From positions 16,368,001 through 16,432,000 of the forward strand of contig OZ059899.1 in assembly GCA_964057225.1 (NCBI GenBank): DNA of 64,000 nucleotides, in the 5' to 3' direction. This document shows, piece by piece, positions 48,771-62,400 of this stretch. A program made the position numbers and the translations under genes. How positions within the stretch are numbered: the stretch's first letter is position 1; the number at the start of each line of letters is the position of its first letter. Under the pieces are notes generated by a model that saw only the letters and a list, made by a program, of their open reading frames with translations, did not search any database and was not told the origin of the DNA. This stretch comes from Auanema rhodensis (lineage: Eukaryota > Animalia > Nematoda).

Positions 48771-49021
48771 TAATAAGATATGAAAGATCAGCCTTGATCT
48801 TAAAAATTAGGCACTTTTATATTAAAAATCTATATTCTAATCAAATTTAACTATACTCACCTTATTTTATTACTTGGTTTATACGGCAACAAAGAAGTAT
48901 TTGCAATTTTTTTAAATTTCTTGTCGAGTTTTTATCTCAATGCTTCCTTTCTTTCCCATTTGTCCCATTGAATGTTTTCAATTTTCCAATCTATTATCTT
49001 TCAGAAAAAGCATAAAGAAAG

Positions 49022-49941
49022 ATGATGCGGCCAGTCGGATTTATAAGCATAGTTTTTGTTTTTAGTTTCATACTATATATAGTTTGGACTGTAGCCCCTG
49101 AACTCCATGGAGTCCAAAAGCCTTCCTTTCCAAAAGATTTAGAAAGTTTACAACATTTAGCTCATACAATGTCTAAATACAGGTAATTCTTTCTGATTTT
49201 TTCATCTCTATATATGTCTATTACAGAGATGCACATTACTATTATACTGTTTTGTTGTTTTCATTAGCTTTTCTCTTCAAGCAAACGTTTGCGATTCCTG
49301 GATCCTTCTTAATGGTAGCAAGTTACATCCATTCTTAAACATTTACCACTTCTCTCTCAGAATTTACTAGCAGGTGCTCTATTTGGAGTTTGGATTGGCA
49401 GTCTATTAAGCTCATGTTTGACAGCCATAGGTTCTTCTTTTTGTTTTCTCCTGTCAGCTTTGTTTGCTAGACCTGTGATAACTAAGTACTTTAGTGGAAA
49501 GTTGAGTTCAATCAAACTTCAGGTTAGAAGCTTCTTTGTACATTCTTTTCATTTCGAAATCATATAGTTAGCTACTGAAAGAGATCGAATCTTTTTTTTT
49601 CTTCTCTCAGCACGTGTCTTTCCATTCACTCCTCATTGGCTACTGAATATATGTTCCCCTTTTTTGGGAATACCGCTACGGGTTCATTTTGCCTCAGTTG
49701 GATTAGGTATCATCCTAATTCAATAGCTCCAACTTTCTATAAACTTATTGCAGGTCTTATTCCGTATAATGTTCTCTGCGTTCGAGCTGGGCGTGTAATA
49801 TCGGAAATTCAATCATTTACCGATGTCTTTGATACTTCTACCATTTTAGAACTTCTCTTAATAACTTTAGTTTTAACATTAGTTGCAAGATACGCTAAGA
49901 AATCATCATCGTCATATCATCTTCCACAACTTTCTCATTAA
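49022..49941 (+). CDS. TMEM41A: TMEM41A-like DedA/VTT-domain membrane protein, copy A
   Basis: FPKDLESLQHLA...FLFKQTFAIPGSFLMNLLAGALFG...LTAIGSSFCFLLS...FFLLSARVFPFTPHWLLNICSPFLGIP...GLIPYNVLCVRAG; five exons. Confidence 0.92.
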
Positions 49942-50357
49942 TCTATTTTAGATGTTTCATTGTTGAAAATTATTGTTATGTCGTTTCGAACGTCATATTT
50001 GTATGTTCCTAATTATATTTTTTAAAAAAATGATTTGCTTTTTAAGCAAATTATAGGATTTCCAATTACGACTGAATGCGGGTTTGAAACTATTTTTACT
50101 CTTTGAAAGTGCTTGTAATAATGCTTTCAGGGAATTATTAAACTTTTTTTTTTCACATAAATATCTAATTTATTCTTCGATTTCTATGCATATATCAATT
50201 TAGATACTAAAATTCAAAATTTCCCGCAGAAATAAACGAGATCAAAATAGTGTTGGTTGCGCTTCTTCCCGTTAGTGCATGTGGACCAGCTTTTCTTTCT
50301 CCTGTTTCATAATTAATTTTTCTTATAATTGCTTCCATATGAAGCAATGCTGCAGCT

Positions 50358-52231
50358 TTAATCCGTAACCAAATGTGGAAGACGTTGTTCTCGTCGGAGC
50401 CGTTTTGATATGATTCCAATAGCAACAAATACAATAGCTATAGCGATAAGTTGAGCCAAAGTTGCAACATTGAATATGTCGGCGACGCTTTTGATTTCCG
50501 ATAGAATACGTCCAGCTCTGATACAAACGAAGTGATAAGGTAACATTCCTTAAATCGAGATGTCATAGATGGAAAGAAGGCTTGATAAAACCTAGCGACA
50601 TTGTGAAGAAGTGAAGATAAATTGGAATTCCTACGAAGGGAAATGATATGTTCAGCAGCCAATGTGGAGTGAATGGGAATGTCCGTGCGGAAAGTAGGAA
50701 CAGCACCAAGTGGCTTCGGTTCTCATGTATCTGAACATATAAATTAATAAAAGGGTTTGTATGTTGAACAACTTTAGCTTTAATCATAAGCGTTTGCTTC
50801 CATAAACATTTTTGAACAAGAGGTCGAGCAAATAACGATGATAGGAGATAACAACAAGATGAACCAATAGCTGTCAATATGTTAACTAAGCCAGTTCCAA
50901 TCCACATACCAAATAATGCTCCAGCGATAAGGTTCTATAATAATATTAACATTTATGCTCGACAATGAAGAAATTGTATTCAAGTCATACAAGTAGTAAT
51001 GATCCGGGAATAGCATATGTCTGCTTCCACACGTAAGCTGAGCAAAAGATTAATAAGCTGTATCCAAAGTGATCATCTCTGAAAAAGAAATCTAAAATTA
51101 AGTGAATATATTTTGAGAAATATACTTGTACTTGTGAAGGACATCGGCTAAATGACGTAAATGAGCGAGATCTGTAGGTATTGTGATGGGTTCACCATCT
51201 CCTAGACGAGGTGCCATGTACCAGATGCATACCATCAACGCAGTTGAGAGACAGAAGACGATAATTAGCAGAATCAGATGAACTGTAGCCCAGAAGACAT
51301 TCTTAAATGAAATCTTTTATTCTAACATGTGAGGGGAAATATAGATTTGAAGTGTAATTGAAAAGTTTATCTTAATCTTTCAAAAAAAAAATATTTTGAA
51401 CTTTTAGTTGACGCAAATAAGATATTTATTTTTCTCTTTTCGTTTTAGCCAACAAAAATTGAAAACTTTGATAAAAGAACGCGAATATGGTTGAAATTGA
51501 GAAAGTAGTTTTACAATTTTCTGTATTAACCTAATTTTTCCCACAACGGAAATGTTTAAAAACTTCATGGGTTCTAATGAAATTAATGTTTATTTCTAAC
51601 ATATCCCTTCATTTCAATTCTTTTTTTTTCTCATTCAACTATCGATTTAACAACTAAAACTCAATAAATGCTGGAAATTGATCGGTTTTCTCGGAGTAGA
51701 TTTTATGAATTCTGATGATAAAATCTTCTTAGTATTTTACAACACAGAAAAACACAAAATGAAGCGGTAAAACTCACTATAGAAGGAGGTAGTGGATTGA
51801 GATCAGAGGCTGTTGAGATTGTGCAACCATCATATGATGATGTTACTTCTTCGGTCAACGGATCGTCTTCCAACAGGTCGCACACCAGATCATCCTGTTC
51901 TTCGATTAACAGACTTTCATCATTTTCCTCGCCAAGAAGGGTTTGTGTCTGTTCCTGACCAGATGCATATCCGGATTGTTCTTGGCCAAGCGGAACTTCA
52001 CCCTGTTCTGGGCCTTGCAGACCCTTAGGACCGCTTAGATCTTCAGTGAGCTGGCTCGCCAGATTTCTCTACGAAGGGAAAGGCTGATGAAACTCCAGAG
52101 TTGCCCAGTGTTGCAGTAAGTTACACGGAACAGGAACAAAGTATGAGAAGCCGAATCTAAACGAGAAAATGGGTAAAGTACACCATCTTGCAAGAAATGG
52201 GCAGACACGTGTCAACATCATCATCATTCAT
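50358..52231 (-). CDS. TMEM41A-like DedA/VTT-domain protein, copy B, with acidic N-terminal extension (5' exons tentative)
   Basis: IPTDLAHLRHLA...YVWKQTYAIPGSLLLNLIAGALFG...LTAIGSSCCYLLS...FLLSARTFPFTPHWLLNISFPFVGIP...MLPYHFVCIRAG. The core exon at 51301 lacks an ATG before its first TM helix. Upstream exon 51778-52068 (phase 0) and putative first exon 52184-52231. Confidence 0.8.
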
Positions 52232-55200
52232 TCCAGTTTTGGTCAAAAATGAAGAGGATCACCTAAGAGATTATATGAATGAAGACGATTTGGAAACATG
52301 CGGTCGTCAATGTGCAAAGTTGAGTCATGGCCGTATGGAAAAGAAGGAATAAGAGAACGAGATAAGGAGAGAGAAAGAGAGAGAAAGAGAGAAAGAAAAA
52401 CTAGAGAGCTGGTGATGACGATGATAGATGAGTGGATATGAGTCGCTATAGCTGATTTGTAGACAACGAGAAGAAAAATATTCAGAAATATCAGTTGTTG
52501 GTAGCAAGAACAGCACACTAACGCACTGAAGTAACTAACAAAGTAAATTGAGCAAGCTTTTTGCGAAGATAGATAGAGTATATGTGTATCTTTATTTCGC
52601 TAGTTCTCTCACTTCTCCTCTCTCGCTCACTGTCTATGAGGTTTAGAAGAAAACTGATCAAAGTAATGTCGATGAAGACAGTGAGAGAAGATGATTACGA
52701 AGCATTGCTGGAAGACATATTCAACCGAGCTCTTACTTCTGTCGTTGGAAATTATCATTGATTTTCAAAATTCAGGAAGTACCATGCTTCGGTATATTTG
52801 CTTTTAGTATTATTTTTATTAAGAATAGTGTATAAGGCGTTGGCTTGTACGATAGATCTGCGAGAAAACTAGTTAAATAACCATGAAAAAGGGCCTGAGA
52901 ACGAGAGATAATAGATAGAGGAAAGTTAGAGAGGGAGCGGACAACAAGACGAATGAGAAAACGAAAGACAGGAGACGATTGGGTAACATGTTTGTCTTGC
53001 CCTATGATGATAAGCTTGTGGTTGGCTGATGAGACCAGGATGGTGGATGTGTAGAAAATACAGAAGCGAGCGGTCGGCCGATTGGTCGGTCGTGTCTTGC
53101 TGGCTTGGTGATTGTGTGGTCGAATGTGTCGTTGAGGCTGGGTGAAGTACGGTTAAGCAAAAAAAATACACATGACATGCTACCAGTTTTATATTTCCCA
53201 AAAATTATTTTTTAAGCAAAAATGAAAATATCTGTGTAAAAGTGTAATACAGGGAGGACCGTGTAAGAGGTAAGAGGATGAGGAGTAGGACGAGGACGAA
53301 GAGAAACAAAGAGGCAGGACAGGATGTGTAGAGTGAAGTGAGATTATCGTATTTGGAGGACAATAGAACGGTGAAAATGAACGTTACATGTATTTTCAGG
53401 AAAAAAGAAAACATGAATAAAATAAAAATTTTCGCTTTCAACTATGGCGATTTCTATCTTGTCGATCTGCTTGTCAGCCGATCGTCCATACATGTGCAAA
53501 CAAGGCATGATGATAAGAATCCACCCACAATTCGAGACAAGTTGATAGTTAAGTTATATGTGACTGATAAAGCTCGTAAATATAAATTAGACTACACAGG
53601 TACGAGTCAAATAAAAGATTAAAAACTTTGCGTTGTAGCTGAGTGATGTGAGGAGGAGCCATGAGATGATATGACGAACAGAATTATTAAATTTGGATGA
53701 CAAATGAGGTAAACTTTCTGTCATTTTCTAACAACAAAAAAGTCATTCGCTTGTAGTTTTTAAACATAAATATTTGAACATTATGGGAATTGAAATTCAA
53801 AAAAAAATCATAAAAACCAATAAAGAAACTGTTAGCTTGGATGACTCAGAGATAATAAAAGATGTCTAAAAGCATTCTGACGATGAAGGGAGGGTAGTAA
53901 CAGCTTTTCTTTCTGATATCAATTGCTTTGGGCTTCGTCATTCAACGAAACATAATTATTGCGTACGAAGTCAGCGTAGACAAGTGTTTCCGTTTGCAAG
54001 GAAATGGAACAAAAAAAAAGATTTCTGCCTACCTCCCCTCCTTTTTCACTTCTCTTTCCTCCTTTCCACTGTATAAATATCTCAACTTTTCTCTCTCCCC
54101 CTCTCTCTCCCATCATATGGATGATAGTCTGTACGGTGATGTCGGCGTCCTCAGCCAACAACTCCATCCTCTCAACTCTGGATCTCACCCTCTCACTATA
54201 TTTCAATAAAACTGTATTTTGGTGTTTGCCATGGCATTGAACGATTTGACGGCAGAAATATAGAACTTAACTCTGTGTATTTATATGTCACTTTCATAAA
54301 TTATATCTTTCGAATTTCAAATTTATATTTGCAAAAAAATTATATTTGTTAATTTGAGATGTTTGAAGAAACATCAGAGCTGACGAAGCACATGAATAAG
54401 AGATAGAAAGACAAGACAAGACCGAACAGAACAGGATTGGACGAGGAAAATACGGAAATGCATAACTCAACACTATTGCAATGTTAGCTAACGTTTGATT
54501 ATAGTAAAGACGACAACGTCTGTGGCAATTTTTATATAAATATAGCTTCTTCCTGAGCTAAAGTATCAAATTTCAAAGTTTAAAAAAAAAACAGAAAAAG
54601 ATTATTTTATCCTCAATAATTGCAAGAATGACGTTATCTATGCATGTTCTGGAATATTTATTTTACCTCAAAGTGTAGACAGTCTTCTTCTGTTTGCATA
54701 GACACTAGTTATCCCGACGTGTTTCGGAGGACAGAAACGAAAAAATAGGTTTTCTGATGCGTATGAAGTTTGGCATATTGGTTTTACAGCGAATATCATA
54801 ACCACAACAAGAATTTGTTTTTCATATCAACAAGCTGGTAAACAGTTTACAGAATTCAAACTTAATTATATTGCTCTAATTTATTTTTTATATATTCTTA
54901 TTTACCTAATTCAACATCTCATTATATATACTAAAGTTGTATTATGTTAGTCGTTCACGTAAAATTGACGTTGATTAAATCTTATTGTTCATTTTAAATT
55001 TGGAATGAACGGCTGTATCAAGCGTAAAATAAAAATAAAACACATAGTCGTCTCTCATATGATTATAAGTTGTTTAAAGCTTGAGTTATATCTGTCACTA
55101 ATGTTATCGTGTGGTGTTTAGACTGAGAACAACAGTAAGTTTTGCTGCTTTTCTTCGTAGAATGACAGAAAGTCATTGAATTACTTCCTCAATCGTGTTA

Positions 55201-58200
55201 AAACATCAACGCTTCAAGATAACAGTACTTTGAACATTTTCACCGATGCAGCTTCAAAATCTGAGAAACAGAGTTCGAAACAATATCTTGAGCTCTATTA
55301 ATTGAGATGTCAAACATAGCTTTAGATGTGAAGATTATATATGACATTGAGAAAGCTTCTAAAGAAAAAATTTCGAACATTTCCAGAATATTGTTTAAAC
55401 ATTTCTCGAAGTATTTTTACTTATTTCACATGCATTGAGGATCATTATTAAGTTTTTAAATGGCATCTTTAACAAGTTATCTTCTATGAAAAAGAACAAG
55501 TTTTTTGGAGAGAAATTCCCAAAAACGGTTTGTTTTCGATCAACATGCGGTCGTCAACTTTTTTCACAATAAAGATAATAATTTATTTTTAAAGATGTTG
55601 TGTTATTTCCGTTATTATTGGATTATTCATTTGAAAAACATGTTCAAAGGTCAGCTGAATAATTCCAAGAAGCAACCGGTCTGCTCATCCGCACTGAATA
55701 AAATGAGAATCTTGATCTTATGTGAACTCAGAAAGCCAACCTGAAATAAGATGAAAAAAAGTTTTGTGAATAAACTTTATTCATTATTTGTAACAATAGT
55801 TTTTTTTAAACATAATATAGTCCCATGAACTAGCGAAACTTTAGCTATAAGCGATAAAGGTGTTATGCACAATCATGAAAAACTGTACTGTACGTCAACA
55901 AGACTAAATCTAGAGAATTCAGGAATTAATCGTTACCACTTAGGGAAAATTTTTAAAATCAACTGCAGGAGTTGAGAAATAATGTTTTGTTCGATTTTAA
56001 TCGATTGGATTAATGCAAGTTTGAATTAAAAAACAGGTGAGTATAATAACCACATGATGGATATCTCTACGAATCATAATGCAGGGGTTGCGTTAAAACA
56101 ACAAAACGTTTTTCGAGAGATTTAGCTACATATATTCATTCAAGCAACCACCATGCTAGTGTTTTGTCTTGCCATATTGATACTCAATAATACACGCTCC
56201 GAGTGAAATAATTGACAGTTTGGTATTGAAGTATTAACAAAACATGACGTATGAAATAAAAATAAAATATTGACATATATGTTGAAATAAAAATAAAAAC
56301 TTAAGTATACAACATGAACTTATATTATTTAAGTAATTGTATTTTTAAATATCCTTTAATTAATATAAATACGTTTTGCTCATTTTTCTAACATTATTCT
56401 ACAGTATGATAAAGATTAAGTTAAGTTCATAAAGATTAACAGAAATTATAATTTAGCAAAAATATGTTCTTTAAATAACACTAAACATGCTCTAAAATGG
56501 CAAAGAACAAAGAAAAAGAATTAATTAAGAATACTTATATGACTTTTGTCTTTAATAACAGTAGTGATAAACGGTATATTTCAAACACTATCATTCTACT
56601 TTGAAACAATATGTTCACAAATAATATAATTAAGAAATTAATATATGGTAATTAAACTAAAAAAATTTCTAAAATAAAATATTTTAAAGATTAAAGAACA
56701 AAAACAGTACAATAGTTCTGATTATAAAAAAAATTAAATTAAAATAAATTTGAATTAACTTTGAATTAATTAACAATAGAGCACACTATATACAAAAAGT
56801 TAATGTTTTTGTTTTGTGAGAAGAAAAAGAACAGATATACACATTATGATGCGATTATTCCAAATAAGGAATGAAATAAACTACACTGTTGCTGTAAACT
56901 CTTCAGAATACCATGTTCGCACTTTATAAAAAGAAATTACATTAGGTGTTGACGTCAGTCTTATGTACGGTACATTGTATTGTTTAAATTCTTGAGTATT
57001 CTTATTTTTTTCTGGTTTCTTTCTAAATAAAGTGTTGTTGTCAGTCTATTTTTAATAATTAGGATACAATTTATATGTACAAGATACTTTGTATATATTT
57101 CGAAAAATATTTTAGTTGTCATTCCGGAAACAAAAAAGTCTGCCAAAAGGCGTCATCAAAATTTTTTGCCAATTAAACTAGATCTTTGATTTCTATCTCC
57201 TCTTTTTCTTTCTTAATCACTTTTCTATCATCATATAAACTGTTTCTCTATTATTCCTTATACACTAGCCATTAGTTGATTTCTGATTTACTTTATTCTT
57301 CTAAGGAACAGTACAATAACTAGAATGATGAACATGTCTATAGTTTAACTTTCAACCACCGCTTGAAGGCCATTTGAAGATGGCACGGCTTCAGATTTCA
57401 TGTTGCTTATATGAATCATCATCTTCATATAATTTTCATAAATTTTCGTTAAAGTTAAAAGCACTAGACCTTATTTTTTTTTTTATATTTTCGAAAACCC
57501 TCCCTTTTCTAATATTCATCTACATTCGTTTTCAAATATTTCAAGACGAACCTGTAAAAGAATATATTGTATCCAGTTTTCATGTTCCTCATATGATTGA
57601 AAACATCAGTTTTATGAGGGAAAGTTTAAAGCTTTTATTAGGTCTTTTCCCGTTTACTATTACCGCGTTCTTCTTTTTCTCTCCAGGCGTCTTCGCCATC
57701 GTCTTCAGAGGCCATTGATGACCTTCACACCGTATACCAGAAGAAGTACCTCCGCCTTCCCGTAACTTTCCATTGATCACTCTCTGCTTTCTCTTCTTAA
57801 CCTCTCAGTTTTTTTGTCAGTTGTTTCTTGGCTGATTCTTATTATTTTCATTCAATCGCTAAATATTTCTGTTTCTTAACAGTGAACAGCAAAAAAATTC
57901 AAATCTTCAGACCTTATATTGCATTTGTCACATTTCTTCTATTTCTCATTAATTATGTGAATAGATTAAACTTTTTTTTAAAGTTCTGTCAGACTTTGGC
58001 TTTTCTTGAACATTGAACTATCACCTTACCTTATTTGTCAAATAATTTGACCATCGGACAGAACATTTTTTTTCTTTTTCTCATGCCATAGTTTATAGAC
58101 ATGTCTTACTACAATGTCTTGTTTTTCATTTTTTCTCTGATAATCTGTACTTTCTTGGATTTCTAAAGTTATCTTCCTCTCTCTTTCTCTCTCTCTCTTT

Positions 58201-59420
58201 ACTCAATATGTCTTTATTTTTATTTTCATTCTGTATTTCTTATTACCAAAATTGATAAAGACTACATCTAACATTCATATGAAATTAGGAGTAACGGTAC
58301 ATTTCGAACAGGCTTTATATACACCCTTCAATCAAACTTGGCGAATAATTCAATGGCAATCACAAGTTCCCAAGGTGACAGATGGACATTTGTACAGAGA
58401 TTGGTTCAATTATCTACAAAATATATTGAAAATCTCAGATTTTGCTTTGTCTTCTCTCGAAGCTCTTACTTTCTCTGATTAAATGGAAAAAATCCAAACA
58501 GTCTGATCAATGATCCCTGAGAATAAGGAAGTCTATAACACTGACTGAATAGAGCTTGTATAGTGGCCACTGGTGACTCTTGTCATAATCTTCTTTGTCC
58601 TCCATTTTGTGACTTTGCCGATCATACTTAGAAATATCTCGCTCGTTTGTCTATCTATAGGAATTTCCCTTTTTCTTCAGACTTTATAAGAGAGAAGTAC
58701 TACTGCAGATTAATCTAAGGAGAGCAGAGTGAGGCAGCTAGTAGCACATCACTTAATACTTCCATACTAGCCACTTGAAGCAATTCCACAAGTCTTAGTC
58801 ATATCAAACTATCCAAGAAAAACATTCTATCTGTTGACAGTAACACTGAGCTTTCTTTACTACTTTGTGAATACCAGTTTATATGGAAATTCAAATGAAA
58901 CTAACGGGTTAAAACGGAAGAACTGATTGATTTGCACCTCTGTAACATCTTCTTTCCTATAGCTCTCTCACATTCTCCTCTCTTCTTTTTCTTCTCTCTG
59001 TAGAAGCATCATGACATCATGTAAGCAATTTAAAACCAACGTGATGTCATAAGTTCAATGACACTGACCCGTTGTGTCTCTTCTTAGGTTATAAGTCGAA
59101 AAATCGAAACGTGTTACAGGTATGTATGTTCAAAACATTAAATAGTGACAATCTAGTTAGACCCTACTATGCATATGTATTTAACAAAACCATTTAACAG
59201 TTCTTCTAGTTTTTGAATAAAAACGAAATTTTCATTTTTATAAAGAAAAAATGTCTTCTCTTTAATTAATTTTTATAATTCTTTCTACATCATGACAATG
59301 TTTTTCCTCATTGAAGATTTGTACTAGACATTGTCTTAACGTCTCTACCTCAACCACTGTTATTTTCAGTTTCTACAAGTAAGCTTTCATATAGTTCCTG
59401 CTACAAGTTCAAGGTTTCTC

Positions 59421-62400
59421 ATGCGTGTCACGCCAACAACAAAGGCATCTTATGATGTCCAATCAGCTGATGAAACTAAAGGTAAAGCAGTTATCAATAA
59501 CATTTTATATTCATTTCAATATATGAGATTCAGATGATTATAAAGAAGAGCCTACACGTTTAATCAAGATAATTACTCAATTCTACAAAAAATGGGCTGT
59601 TCTTGTTTCAAAGAACACTATTTTAATAATCATTCTCTGTACTATAGCAACTCTTATTGGAACAGCAAAGCTTGTCACAACACCGTAAGCAGATTTAAAC
59701 ATTTTTTAAAATTGAAAAAAGGGAACAGCCCACGGCCGGGATCGAACCGACAATCTTCTGATTAGAAGTCAGACGCCTTATCCATTAGGCCACGCGGGCG
59801 CGGTGTTTCTTTTTTCTTTCCTAAACATCTACAAATTTCAAAATGGCTGATTGTATTTCTAAAAATATTTTGGTTAACAAAATCAAAAATCAAACTCATT
59901 CAGAAACGAGAACGATATTACTGGGTATACTCCCTATGGTGCACGTGCCAGAGACGAATTCGATGTGGCCGGGGAGTTCTTTTCGAAAAATGGTAATGGG
60001 ATTGCATTGTTAGCTTTGGTTTTGCCTAAAGACGGTGAAAATGCGATGAAACCAGAAATACTTAAAGAAGCATTACGAGTATGATTTAAGCCTATACAAT
60101 ATGCTTCATAATTTAATTATTTCCCAGATCGAATCGATTATAACAACCAATTTTACTATGCAGAACAAATTGGCTAACAAATCAGAGAATTATCGAGAAT
60201 TCTGTTATTCATTTTGCCAAATAAATGAACCTTTTGTAATGTTTGTGGTAAGTTCGAATAATTTTGTTGAAAAGAAAAGAAATGTTTTGTAATTAATAAT
60301 CCCATCAATCATACTACGTGATGAACATTACAATTATTCAAATTTTTGACGTCACGCGAATACTTTTTTTCATTTTTTGAACATTCACGTGGCAAACAGG
60401 TTGTTGAATACTGCTGTGTCTGTCATTCACCATCTTTTTTCTTTTTCTTTTTGAATTTAAACTATAGCATTCAAGACATGAATTTAGGATGGATACTTGT
60501 TGCAAAATAATTTACTTGAAAGTGGCCAACAATTGAATGAACGCTTAATTCTCAAATATCCAATTAGTACAGTATATGATAGAAACATCAACGTTCAAGT
60601 TTGTTCATATACTCTATATTTATGAAATATCAATCATTTTAAGCCCAATTTTTTCGGAATTAAACTATCTGATGATGATCTTAAGTCAAATGAAACAACC
60701 TCAAATACAACCTCTCTTATAAAATCTCAAATAACGAATATAGAAAGTGCAAAGGTAATATATCAAAAATCTGAATGAATATAGAAGTTTTGTCATTTAA
60801 GCTTTTTGCATTACAAATTAGAGCTGAGCGTAAGGAAGGCTGGACAACGCAAGAAATTAAGGATTATGAAATGGAAATAACAAATTATTTCGAAAAGTAA
60901 CAGCACTTTCGTTGTTATTCAAATAGTTTATTATAATGTAGGAAGTTTGTGTCTGAACATGTACGTGTGCTCACTCTATCAACGTCTTTTGTGGAATCTG
61001 AAGTTGTGCGAGCTGGAATGAGTTTGATGCCTTTCTTGATTGTGGGCTTTGTGATAATGGCTTTCATTTCTACAATTAGCACAATGCTATCGGCATTGTA
61101 TATGGATCAAGTTAGCATACATAAGGTGATTAGCAATCATTACACGTGCAGTTACCTTGCCCAAACACTTCAGATTTCGTTGGCTATATTAGCTTGCATC
61201 TGTCCTTTCATGGCATGTGGCACAGGTCTCGGTCTATTATTCTTTATCGGTGTTCGCTTTGGTTCAATTCTCTACGTAACACCTTTTTTGGTTTTGGCAA
61301 TTGGAGTTGATGATGCGTATCTGATGATTCATGCTTGGCAACGTGTAACCCGACGATTACGTCATCAACCACATCCCGATGATTCGCCAGCTTTTCGTCT
61401 GAGTGAAGTACGTGATACAAACAAGCTAAATCTTGTAAACATTAAAACATTCTAGGTTCTATCAGACACAGGGCCAGCTATCATAATTTCAGCATTAACA
61501 AATATATTAGCTGATACGGTAGGAACATACACGGGATCTCCAGAAATTACATTATTAGCATATGGAAATATGATATGTATCTTCGTTGACTTTATATATC
61601 AAGTAAAGTTTTACATCGAAACTCAGCTAATTATCTTTTGTTTCTTTAAAGATTACGTTTTATTCTGCTGTTATGATCATTGTTGGAGAATTTGAAATGG
61701 AAGCTGAACGTCAGAAATCACTCACACAAACGATTTGCTGCGGTGATGAAGTAGAGAGTGTTGCATCTACCAATGAATCAGTAAGTTATCTTCATTTGGA
61801 TACTTATGAAGATTGTAAATCATTTCAGAAATCATCATTTCATGATCGCGTGAAAGCTCGTATGAACTCTTGTCTAAACTTTTATTTAGATATTGTAACA
61901 AACAAAGTTTTCGATTTTTGTGTTATTCTTCTGTGGGCTTCAGCTCTTGGATTTATTATATACGTAAGTTGCTAATGTTTTACAAACTTAGTCAATCAAT
62001 TGCTCTCATGAGGGTTACGGTATTCATGTTCAGGAAATTACACAAATGCCAATCAACCTTACGCCCAAAAAACTATTCGCTAAAGATTCTTCATTACTGG
62101 AGGTATATTCAAAAAATATATATTAGGCGGAAAATGAAACGATAACCTGCTGTGAATTTAGATGGACGATCTTCGAGTCAATTACGTCATTCCACATTAT
62201 ACATTGGCTACCATTTTCATAAATAATCCAGGCAACTTGTCAGACCTTAACAGGCTTCAAAGGTACCAAAAATAAAAAGAAATACCTTCAAAGAATGTCG
62301 AACAATTATTTTAAAGGCTAAATGCATTTGTCGCCGAGATGGAACATCTACCTGGGGCATGGGGGTCAGTCTCTTCGAATTATTTCATTCGTGACTTCGC

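Noticed and set aside
51815-51860. FFAT-like motif in the TMEM41B acidic extension (EEVTSSYDGCT)
   Set aside because: Aromatic and D/A-C positions do not fit the EFFDAxE register.
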